Positions 1 through 9,000 of a DNA stretch of 64,000 bases are shown here, piece by piece (position 1 is the stretch's first letter; each line of letters starts with the position of its first letter). This stretch comes from Nematocida ausubeli (lineage: Eukaryota): assembly GCF_000738915.1 (NCBI RefSeq), contig NW_026515636.1:397175-461174 (forward strand), in the 5' to 3' direction. The notes under the pieces were generated by a model, which searched no databases, had not been told where the DNA came from, and saw only the letters and a list, made by a program, of their open reading frames with translations. The translations under genes were made by a program, and so were the position numbers.

Positions 1-2014
1 TCTCTGTTTCCTGCACTTTTTTGTCATCTCTTAGGACTGTTCTAGTGATAGAAAGAATCTTTCCGGTCTTCGCCTCTGGGAAAACTTTCTTTGTTTTTGC
101 GCTTTCTTTTTCTTTTTCCTGCACAGAGGGCTCTGGCAGCTTAGTTGACTTAATCGCCTGTATTTGTGCTTCCCATATCTTTTTTATTTCATCCTTGTAC
201 TCCTGCATCTGCTCTACAGTTGTCTTCTTCTCTCCATCTTCTTCTGCCTCTCGCTCCTTTTTGCGGGCGCGGACAAAACTAAAGCCCTCCCCAATTCCTG
301 TTGGGTCTCCTGCTCCAGATATTTCCAAAACACCTTTTCCTCCCGCAGCATTCACAAAGTTTCTCGTGCAGTTCCACACGGTGAGCTTCAGCTCCTCGTC
401 ATCCCCTGCGTCCTCCTCAACAGATGCTAAAACAATGCCTGCGTCTTTCAGGCGTCTTTCCTCAGCAAGCATACTTTCATACTGGCAGACTTTTTCTGGC
501 GTCACGGCTCTTCTAAGATCCTCTTCGCTTAGCAAAGAAGCTGAGGGCTTCAGAACCCACACGTTGTCCTTCCCCTTCTTTATGCATTCAGAGTACTCCT
601 TTAGCCACTTACGCTTGCTTCCCTCGCTAAAGTGCGGGAAAAGCTCATCCAGCTGGTATATATACATCTTTCTTTCCCTGTTGCCCTTTTCGTAAAAGAG
701 CCTGTACGCAGCCACCTTCATTCGGTTCTTGCAGAAGACATTGTGGCGTCTTGAGTGCGGGCTAAATGCCTCATCCAGAGGAAGAGTTTGTCCTACACAG
801 GCGAGTGCCTCAATTGGGCGAATATAGTACAGCGACTTTTCTCCGTGTGTTCTTACAGCCAGAAGGTCCTCTGATGTATGGAAGGCCATCGGGGCCTTGT
901 ACAGATTGTTCACAATACCAGGGATGCTCTCGCCCGGTTGCACATCTCCAATAAACATGAAGGGGGTTGGATCTCTAGGCTCAAGAACAGTTAAGCTTCC
1001 TATTTCTGGCTCTGCAGGAGAACTGTCCTTGGCGTTGCACTTCCTATAGAATGTCGTGATGATGCTGGCCATTCCGGTCTTTGTAATGAGCGGAGGGATT
1101 TCCTCAGAATACTCCAGAAGCAGAAAGTCTGCAGTGTCTCGGAGCGTCAGATCCTTCTTCTTCTTTAGGATGGAAGATGGCTTTGCAGTGCTTTCCAGTA
1201 AAGGCACAAACCTAATTTCTGTTCCAGATGAAATGTGTAGTGGAGGCCTATGGAAGTGCCTGAGCTCTTCTTTTGTAAGGTACGTCTTGTACAGCTCAGG
1301 TGCCAACTTTAGCGCAGGAATTGAGTGCTGCACGCCCTGTATACCCAGAGCGCTCTTAAGCGTCTCATGCGGCTCCACATAGTTCTTGTCTCCCGATATG
1401 TTGTACTTCCCGGAAAGCAGCCTGGTTTGGTGTCTTTTCTTTTTTGGCTTTTTCTCCTTTGGCCCTTCTTTATCAATTATGTCGAACAGAAGATTCCTGT
1501 CGTTTGCATCAATGACTAAGTGGGTATCCAGCCGCTGCGTGTTTATCATGGTATCATCATAAACAATCTGTTGCTCCCACTGAAGCGTGTTGTAGTTGTG
1601 GTCTAGAAGGAGCCTGTCTTCTGTTTCTCGCTCTTCTTCTTTATTATCCACGGAATACTCCCAGGGAACCACGTCAAATGTATAAACGATGTTGCTTGGC
1701 GACTCTTTCACAAGCAGTACTTCAAAATGTGTTGGGGGCGGGCTTTCTTTTATTGCGTCTGCGTCCATTGCATTTTTCTTTATTTTTGCCTCAAGATCCT
1801 TTCTGCGGATGTGTCTTCTGAAGACCACATTGTGCGAGTGAGCAGTCTCTTTTTCCTCGTGCTTTCTGCCGGTGTGGAATGAGGCAAATCTTTCAATTTC
1901 ATCTACTTCTTTTGACTCTTCTTTTTTGATCCGCCTAGGCTTATATCTACGAAGCTTGTATTCGTATGGTAGAGAGGGCGTTGTCTGGGCGAAGGATGGC
2001 CTCTTGTGTTTCAT
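1..2014 (-). CDS. TAF1: TFIID subunit 1 (TAF1), 3' end runs off the window
   Basis: Manually translated from ATG at 2014 (MKHKRPSF...), open to base 1. Contains TAF1 central-domain motifs YNISGDKNY, VQHSIPALKL..LRHFHRPP, LLEYSEEIPPL, GDVQPG..NNLYKAP, VTPEKVCQYESM, WNCTRNF, GAGDPTGIGEGFSF. Absent from the ORF track because no stop lies in the window. Confidence 0.9.
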   Translation of the reverse strand, partial: MKHKRPSFAQTTPSLPYEYKLRRYKPRRIKKEESKEVDEIERFASFHTGRKHEEKETAHSHNVVFRRHIRRKDLEAKIKKNAMDADAIKESPPPTHFEVLLVKESPSNIVYTFDVVPWEYSVDNKEEERETEDRLLLDHNYNTLQWEQQIVYDDTMINTQRLDTHLVIDANDRNLLFDIIDKEGPKEKKPKKKRHQTRLLSGKYNISGDKNYVEPHETLKSALGIQGVQHSIPALKLAPELYKTYLTKEELRHFHRPPLHISSGTEIRFVPLLESTAKPSSILKKKKDLTLRDTADFLLLEYSEEIPPLITKTGMASIITTFYRKCNAKDSSPAEPEIGSLTVLEPRDPTPFMFIGDVQPGESIPGIVNNLYKAPMAFHTSEDLLAVRTHGEKSLYYIRPIEALACVGQTLPLDEAFSPHSRRHNVFCKNRMKVAAYRLFYEKGNRERKMYIYQLDELFPHFSEGSKRKWLKEYSECIKKGKDNVWVLKPSASLLSEEDLRRAVTPEKVCQYESMLAEERRLKDAGIVLASVEEDAGDDEELKLTVWNCTRNFVNAAGGKGVLEISGAGDPTGIGEGFSFVRARKKEREAEEDGEKKTTVEQMQEYKDEIKKIWEAQIQAIKSTKLPEPSVQEKEKESAKTKKVFPEAKTGKILSITRTVLRDDKKVQETE

Positions 2015-2065
2015 GCAAAAAATAACTTCAAACATTTTATTATCGAAATATTTCCAGAGAACAAC

Positions 2066-2533
2066 ATGAAATACAAAGAGACTGGGCAGCACATAAAAAG
2101 AATTCTGAACGACCTAGCGGAAATGAATAATGACACAAGTGCCTGTTTCAGTGCAGGGCCTATAAACTCGGACAACCTGCTTGTCTGGAAGGCAACCATT
2201 TTTGGGCCAGAGGGAACGCCATATGAAGGAGGATCTTTTGAGTTTGACATAGTTTTTCCACTAAACTACCCTTATGCCCCTCCAAAGGTAAGGGTTTGCA
2301 CAAAGATATTTCACTGCAACATAAAAGATACACACATTTGCCTTGATATTATTGGGAAGGAATGGTCATCGGCTTTAACAATATCAAAGGTATTGCTGTC
2401 TATTACGTCACTTTTGGCAGATCCAAACCCATTAGACCCATTAGATACAAATATATCCAAGCTATACAATGAGAGCAATGCAGAGTATATGCGAATAGCC
2501 AGAGAGTGGACACAGAAGTATGCCATGCTATAG
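2066..2533 (+). CDS. Ubiquitin-conjugating enzyme E2 (Ubc4/UBE2D-E type)
   Basis: W.ATIFGPEGTPYEGG, FPLNYPYAPPKV, KIFHCNI..HICLDII (catalytic Cys; HCN as in UBE2E), WSSALTISKVLLSI, PNPLDPL, AREWTQKYA. First ATG at 2066. Confidence 0.93.
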   Translation: MKYKETGQHIKRILNDLAEMNNDTSACFSAGPINSDNLLVWKATIFGPEGTPYEGGSFEFDIVFPLNYPYAPPKVRVCTKIFHCNIKDTHICLDIIGKEWSSALTISKVLLSITSLLADPNPLDPLDTNISKLYNESNAEYMRIAREWTQKYAML

Positions 2534-3544
2534 AATATTAAATAGACCATAAATATTCATAAATGTGTTATTTTTAGAGTGTTTTTACGCCTTTGTGGTA
2601 TCACAGAAAGGCTTTTCTTATTTCAACTTGGGCCACGCTGAAATTTATTTGGGGATGCCACTATATATAGTTTTTGCTGCAATGCTTCTGATGAAACTTT
2701 CTGAATATCGGCGCTGGCATTGGCTCTTCGGGCTTTTTTGTACTAAGCTTGTGCTTAGGTGAGTATAAAGGTAGTTGCCTTGTTGGTATGTATACTACTG
2801 GATAACTCTTGTTTATGTGTGTTTGTTTCTTACTTTCTTGAACCATGGACACTTTGCATATAGAGCGGCCTATGCTGTGTAATTTTAATTTACATACGGC
2901 ATATTTTATGCTATATATTTCTAGGATCCAATTGGAAGTCGGGCTATACTTACGCTATATCTTAAAACTCTTCAGTGTTTAAAGATGCAAATATAAAATA
3001 GAACTCTTTTATTTCAATTTAAACATTAAAAAAATCGTGAAGAGAAATGATCCATAATGTAATAGAAGAATGATGTTTTCTATTGCGTGTTTATGGCTAA
3101 AAACATAGAATTACATAAAGCTATTTACATAGCATTTATTAATGTTATCTAGGGAAGTATATGATGTTCTGGCAGGAAATAGTGGCCTGAAATAGAGAGC
3201 AACTCACCAAGCGCAAGCATCGAGTATCCTAATACAAATAGAAATTAGCAAAAGGTAGAAAACCTTCCACAATAGCTGCTTTTCCTTTGAAGTCTGGCCT
3301 ATTAGTAAGAGCTATATATTCTTGAGAAAGAGAAACACAATAACTATATACTCTATTTAAACTAGTATTTTTAGCCGAAGTTCTACCTTCTTTAGAAATG
3401 TTACTTATTATGATTAATGACAGGAATTTCAAAGAAAGTCTAGTTATTTTTATTACAGTTTATATAAGCGCACTCTGGTAGATATAAAGCATTGCATTAT
3501 CTTAATATATGCTCTCCCATTAATCCCATCCCAGCTGTCTTATT

Positions 3545-3862
3545 TCAAAGCTTTTTTAGATATTCCATTAAGTGCTCTCTATTCTTTTGCTTTTGCAGAA
3601 TAAGAGATGACTTTGTGTTGGATTCCTTCCAGAGCTGGTTTGCCTCGCGGTGGGTTTCTAGGTCTAATATTACCGCGTGCAGTGATGATACAGAAGATAC
3701 CAGCTGCTCTATTTTCATTTTTAGTTGAAATGCCTCTTTTATCTCTCTGTGGATATCTTTTTCCTTCTCGGCAATCGTGATTTTTGACAGAAGAAGTATC
3801 TCTTCAACTGTGCCCAGAATATCCTCCAGAATAAGAATCCCCTCCTGCTTAGCCTTGTTCAT
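3545..3862 (-). CDS. Small helical protein, putative Mediator subunit Med22/Srb6-like
   Basis: 105-aa ORF from ATG 3862. ILEDILGTVEEILLLSKI..EAFQLKMKIEQLVSSVSSLHAVILDLE follows the recalled Med22 pattern (SIMDNFTEIIKTAKI..YEMHVRAANIVRAGESLMKLVSDLK). The ORF is likely real; the identity is tentative. Confidence 0.45.
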   Translation of the reverse strand: MNKAKQEGILILEDILGTVEEILLLSKITIAEKEKDIHREIKEAFQLKMKIEQLVSSVSSLHAVILDLETHREANQLWKESNTKSSLILQKQKNREHLMEYLKKL

Positions 3863-3955
3863 AAAAATAAAAGTGAAACTATGTTTTACTTCTTTCATAA
3901 ATACAAGGAAGATTCTAGTGTCTGAGGAATGCGTGAGGAATGGGCAACTAGAAGT

Positions 3956-4810
3956 ATGGATTCGGCTCTAAGATTTCCTGAAGATCTTATACTATACGGA
4001 GCAGGAATAATTCTATATGTCATTCTGCACTACATCATAAAAAGAGTTGTTTCACCTGTCCTTATTCGAGCACTCTCCAGAGTGCCAGAAGGTCAAATTG
4101 ACGGAAGAAAGTTCAGACGGGCGCTATGGAAGGCCTTTTGTTTTGGCATTTTAAGTGCTTGGGGGCTGTACACGGTGTCCACAGAGTCATGGATATTCTC
4201 TCCCTTTGGGATTACACTTCAGTGGCCAAACAATGCAACGCCGTGCAAAGTGAATATGTACTACATTTTGGAAACAGTTTACTACAGCGGCAGCTTTATC
4301 ACAATGTTTTTCGAGGAAAAGCAGTCTGACTTCTATCTTATGATTTACCATCACTTTGTTACACTGGTCTTGGTTGGGTTCTCGTATAGATACAATTTCT
4401 TGAGATACGGTGTGTTTATTATGCTTTTGCACGATATTTCTGACTCTTGGATGGACTCCGCAAAGATTGCAGTTTATCTAGGGTATCAGACGCTAGGAAA
4501 CATTCTGTTCATTATATTCTCCATTCTGTTCATTGTGCCTCGTATTCTAATCTATGTGTTCATGATACTGATTCCAGGATACAGTTTCCTATGGGAGTTT
4601 GGAAGCAAGCTGCTTGTTCCCATATGGGGGCTTCTTCTGGGAGTCTTCTTGCTTAACTCATACTGGTCAGTGCTTATTGTCAGAATGGCAATTGAGTTCA
4701 TTAAAAAAGGAGAGCTAACAAAGGACATACGAGATCTTCCCCCTCAGAAAGATGCAAAAAAATCAGCAAGAGAAAACGCAAAGAGTGAAAGTAAAAAGAA
4801 GAATGAATAA
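3956..4810 (+). CDS. LAG1: Ceramide synthase (Lag1/Lac1, TLC domain)
   Basis: Multi-TM protein with Lag1p motif SDFYLMIYHHFVTLVLVGFSY..GVFIMLLHDISD and C-terminal DIRD plus lysine-rich tail. Confidence 0.92.
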   Translation: MDSALRFPEDLILYGAGIILYVILHYIIKRVVSPVLIRALSRVPEGQIDGRKFRRALWKAFCFGILSAWGLYTVSTESWIFSPFGITLQWPNNATPCKVNMYYILETVYYSGSFITMFFEEKQSDFYLMIYHHFVTLVLVGFSYRYNFLRYGVFIMLLHDISDSWMDSAKIAVYLGYQTLGNILFIIFSILFIVPRILIYVFMILIPGYSFLWEFGSKLLVPIWGLLLGVFLLNSYWSVLIVRMAIEFIKKGELTKDIRDLPPQKDAKKSARENAKSESKKKNE

Positions 4811-5182
4811 GTATTTATGAGTATGGATTGGCAGGCAGAAAGAGATAGGTGTTTACAGGCAGATTCTTAAATCCACAACTAGTTTTAGTGCATGCTACAT
4901 ATAGCAGAAATCCTATTACTAGGCAGTGCTTAGAACTCTGTACTCTAGGCCCTTTTAGGTAAGAAAGCGTCAAAGAATAGCATATTCTTTTAATTCGGGC
5001 TATATATGCAATGGATATATAATTTCTATTGACCTGTATGTAGGTAATGTTAATTCAATAAAAATTTTGTATTGATATAACAAAGCAAAGGCTTTCCAGG
5101 TGAATATCGCTGGTATTATTTGTAATATGCTTGTTCTTATTAATTATCGCCCATAATAATTCCTAAATTTCTTTTTGTTTAT

Positions 5183-6844
5183 ATGAGTATACTCAGAAGT
5201 ACATTTGGTACAGTGCTTGCAGGGGCAGTAATCGTGGATCGCATTCTTACTGTGCATGAAAGGAATAAGCATAAGGAGCGTTATAGTAAGAGCATTCCTC
5301 TCTCATGGATGCCACCATCACGCAGTGCTCTTCTTAAGAAGATTAAGCCATCTTATGACATTGTCATAATAGGGGGCGGCAGTGTAGGTGCTGGGTGCTT
5401 CTTAGATGCTGTAACTAGAGGATACTCTGTTTTACTTCTTGAAAAAAATGACTTTTCTAGTGGAACCAGCTCTAAGAGCACAAAACTGATCCATGGAGGA
5501 ATTCGGTACCTGGAGACTGCTCTGAAACAGCTGAGCTACAAACATCTTTTTTTGGTGGTTGAGGGTCTGAAGGAAAGAAAGACCTTCCTCTCACTCGCAC
5601 CATATCTGACTAGGTCAGTACCAATTATTCTTCCAATATCTAGCAAGCTCACTATACCGTACTACTGGTTTGGTGCCAAAATGTATGATTGGCTGTCAAT
5701 TGGGCACGCCATTGCACCAAGCAGCTTTCTGCCCTTTTCTAAGATCAAGACCCTTTTGCCCGGGGTTGCCAATACCGGAATATCAGGGGGAATGGTATTC
5801 TATGATGGCCAGATGGATGATGCGCGATTTAACTCCATGCTGATCGCAACAGGAACACACTATGGCGGAAGTGCCTTGAACTATTGTAAAGTAGCACAGC
5901 TGAATAAAAGTGAAGGAAAGATTACAGGCGTGTCTTTTACCGACACAGAAACTGGGAAAGAGTATACAGTAGAAGCACGGAGTGTGATAAATGCAACAGG
6001 CCCGAATTCAGACAAGCTTAGACAAAATGACCGGCCTGACACACCTACAATGATGGCCCCAAGCACAGGTGTGCATGTGATACTTCAGGGATATGTAAAT
6101 GGAATGGGCATAATACATCCAAAAACACACAATGGAAGTGTAATGTTTATGCTGCCGTGGCATAAAAGTGTCATACTAGGAACTACAGACACACCAGGCT
6201 TCTTTAAAATGGCGCGGGAGAAGGATCTTCTATACCTGGCAGAAGAAATGCGGGACCTCATACGGCCAGAGGTATATCCAGGTGTGAAAAATATAATGAG
6301 TGCATGGAGTGGAGTAAGGCCTTTGGCTGTGGATAGATCTGCTAGTGACAGCACATCTGCTGTAAGAGCGCATGTTGTTGAGGTATCTCCTGCAGGTCTT
6401 GTTACAGTTACAGGAGGAAAATGGACTAGCTACAGAGCCATGGCGGAGGAAGCAGTATCTACAGCAGCAAAAGTAGGGGGTCTGCCAGGGCGAGAATGCG
6501 TGACCAAGCATGTGAGAGTGATAGGAAGCCACTCTTATGACAAGTCACTTGGCCTGCAAATTGCGAAAAAGGAGGGGATTTCAAGCGATATTGCAGAACA
6601 CTTGGCAGATGCATATGGGGACAGGGCGTGGAAAGTATGTGCGTATGCAAACGGAGTCTACACTAGAATAGATCCAAGGCATCCATACATTACAGCAGAG
6701 GTGCTTTACACGATTGACCATGAGAATGTCAGAAACATATCAGACTATCTTGGAAGAAGAAGCTTTTTCGCATATTTCGATGTTCGGGCTGCACATGCAG
6801 CAGTTCCTGGCCTAGCAAAGATATTCTCAAAACGGTTTGGATGA
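5183..6844 (+). CDS. GUT2: FAD-dependent glycerol-3-phosphate dehydrogenase (Gut2/GPD2 type), ending at a probably premature in-frame TGA
   Basis: DIVIIGGGSVGAG, SGTSSKSTKLIHGGIRYLE, FYDGQMDDAR, VINATGP, LGTTD, SAWSGVRPL, VTGGKWTSYRAMAEE. Homology continues past the TGA. Confidence 0.93.
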   Translation: MSILRSTFGTVLAGAVIVDRILTVHERNKHKERYSKSIPLSWMPPSRSALLKKIKPSYDIVIIGGGSVGAGCFLDAVTRGYSVLLLEKNDFSSGTSSKSTKLIHGGIRYLETALKQLSYKHLFLVVEGLKERKTFLSLAPYLTRSVPIILPISSKLTIPYYWFGAKMYDWLSIGHAIAPSSFLPFSKIKTLLPGVANTGISGGMVFYDGQMDDARFNSMLIATGTHYGGSALNYCKVAQLNKSEGKITGVSFTDTETGKEYTVEARSVINATGPNSDKLRQNDRPDTPTMMAPSTGVHVILQGYVNGMGIIHPKTHNGSVMFMLPWHKSVILGTTDTPGFFKMAREKDLLYLAEEMRDLIRPEVYPGVKNIMSAWSGVRPLAVDRSASDSTSAVRAHVVEVSPAGLVTVTGGKWTSYRAMAEEAVSTAAKVGGLPGRECVTKHVRVIGSHSYDKSLGLQIAKKEGISSDIAEHLADAYGDRAWKVCAYANGVYTRIDPRHPYITAEVLYTIDHENVRNISDYLGRRSFFAYFDVRAAHAAVPGLAKIFSKRFG

Positions 6845-7126
6845 AGTGCAAAAAAAGAAAGAAGTGCACTGCAGGAAGCATACTACTATCTGGATACAAT
6901 GGGGTATAGTTTGCTTCGAAAGATGGAAAGACAAGAAAAAGAATTCCTGGTGTTTTCAGGAAAATTAGGACAAGTGTGCGTCAATAAAGTATGTGACGGA
7001 AAAAGTGTGAGGGATCTAGTTCAGAAAGTATTCAAAGAAAAAGTGCCTGCTTTAAATGGGCTACAGATGCTTTCAACTAAAGATGCCCTGAAGGTGGTGC
7101 ATTCCCACTTTAATATTCTGCCATAG
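6845..7126 (+). other. In-frame C-terminal continuation of G3PDH after the TGA
   Basis: Same frame as 5183: SAKKERSALQEAYYYLDTMGYSLL...HFNILP*. Matches the GPD2 terminal helix pattern (LGW....K..EL.EA..FL.TMG). Confidence 0.75.
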
Positions 7127-7901
7127 TATGGATAGTAAGGTTTATAAGCACTTAGAGCTCTTTTCATCTATTTTTAAATCTGCTGCCCGGCTTTAAAGAC
7201 TTTCTTGGCAGTCACTATATTTCTATAGGTCAAAGTATAACTAAAATAAAATATTCATCCATGTATATTCACAAAGATGCGCTGTTTATTTTAGCTATTC
7301 CAAAAATAAAAACACCTTTTTTCAGCACATGACTAAATACTGAGTTCTTTCTGCAATCTATACTAGGGTGTTCATAAATCTGGACTCTATTCTGTTAATA
7401 AGCACTGATTTAGTTATGTTGAATGGTCCGAATAAAATTATTTATTTATGCTAAAAATATAAATAGGCACTGCATATTTTAAATAGACAAGCTTATTATT
7501 CAGATTAGCTGGTTCTTCTCTGAGATATTCAGCACAGTTATTCTGCTCTGCATCCATTCTCTAGTTCTATTCTATAAAGACAAACTGCCACAAAATTGAT
7601 TGATTTAAGCTCGAAGATGGAGCCCAAAATGAGCCAGAAAAATATATAACCTGAATTATTCAGAATTAGGCAAATAAAGTTAAAGCATAGGCTACACAGT
7701 AATACGCAGAGACACAATAGAATTCTCATGCCATTCTTATTAGAAACAACACCAAGGTTAAAGGCTGCAATTATTTTCATTTCTGATTCAGAAGGACTTC
7801 ATGCGGTCTCAATAGAGAAAATAAGGTTCTCTGCATAAATAAGAATTCTTATATGGCTATGCAGTTAAAATACTTTAATTAAAATTTTTTAGCTTTTTTG
7901 C

Positions 7902-8582
7902 ATGGATATAGATCAGTGTATGCTAGTGAAAGAATTGAATTTAAATTGGATTAAAAATATGCATGAAATTGAAAGACTCACATACATATACCAAGTATTA
8001 CTGGGAGGCTTATATATTGTAGTGCTTTCTGGGTTAGCTATCGTTTTATATCGAGGCTTTATATATCCCGGGTATATTGTGAAAGGCGATGAAGTATATA
8101 TAGTAGATTATTCAAAGCCAGCATCATCAGTATATGAGAGAAGAGAAAGAAAAATCATGAAATGGAAGTATATCAGGTTGCTTGCATTCTTTTCTATTAT
8201 TTTTCTAGTTATGACAGGGATGGTTATAGAGTTAATAACTTCTAGGTCAAATAATGAATTGGCGGCAATAGAAAAAAGCATTATAGATATGGAAGACCGT
8301 ATGAAAACATACAGTACTCCAGACACTGAGCTGATTTCCAGAAGTGCTAGATCTGTTGCAAGCGAGTATAGAACGATAAAGCTGGACAAGTACTTCCCAA
8401 ACCAATACAAAGACCATGTGTTAACAGCAACTCATCTAGTGCATATCTCACCAGGAGCAGCTAGGCCCATTGCTAGGTATCCAATTAATGAAGAATTTTT
8501 GATTAGACTGAAAGTCACTGCGCAGTCTTTAGAATTCTCAAAATTAATTAACAAGCATCCTCTTTTCAACAATAATCTTTAA
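7902..8582 (+). CDS. Hypothetical 2-TM membrane protein (226 aa), likely paralogue of 15078..15755
   Basis: Two hydrophobic segments, then RSARSVAS, VLT..L, RPI. Confidence 0.7.
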   Translation: MDIDQCMLVKELNLNWIKNMHEIERLTYIYQVLLGGLYIVVLSGLAIVLYRGFIYPGYIVKGDEVYIVDYSKPASSVYERRERKIMKWKYIRLLAFFSIIFLVMTGMVIELITSRSNNELAAIEKSIIDMEDRMKTYSTPDTELISRSARSVASEYRTIKLDKYFPNQYKDHVLTATHLVHISPGAARPIARYPINEEFLIRLKVTAQSLEFSKLINKHPLFNNNL

Positions 8583-9000
8583 TAAGAATGAAACCTGCTA
8601 GGAAGTCTATCTGAATAGAAAGGAAAATCTATAATTGAACTTCAAGAAGACTAGAAACAAAATTTTAGCATGTAAACAGCCGTATTATTAGTACGCTTAA
8701 TGAAAGAAGCAACGCAACTTAGTAATATCGTTCCAATAAAGATATTAGCTTTAATAGAAAGAATATTTTCAATATTCCATCCCAAAAATTGCATTTGGGG
8801 CACTCTTACTACAGAAGAATATCTCAAGAAGAGTTGTAATTTCAATGCACTGACATTTGAATTTCTTATAAACCACACAGAAAAACTGCTTATATAATAA
8901 ATACATCTATTATACCTTAACTACTGATCATTATATGAAAAATATATATAACAAATGGTTTATTGAATAAAATAAAGGATACTAAGCAACTTTCTGTTAC

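Noticed and set aside
21..1519. Plus-strand ORFs 21..695, 164..430, 766..954, 1056..1382, 1325..1519
   Set aside because: Antisense shadows of the TAF1 CDS on the minus strand.
2565..2852. Short ORFs 2565..2762 (+) and 2661..2852 (-)
   Set aside because: Under 70 aa, overlapping each other, with no recognisable motif. Either could be real but neither can be supported.
6842..6844. Genome-wide UGA=Trp reassignment
   Set aside because: TGG is used for Trp throughout, and TGA terminates other genes at sensible ends (VMA2 at 52858, Vps53-like at 35942).
7538..7780. 80-aa hydrophobic ORF on the minus strand
   Set aside because: Hydrophobicity is expected from T-rich spacer sequence and there is no other support.
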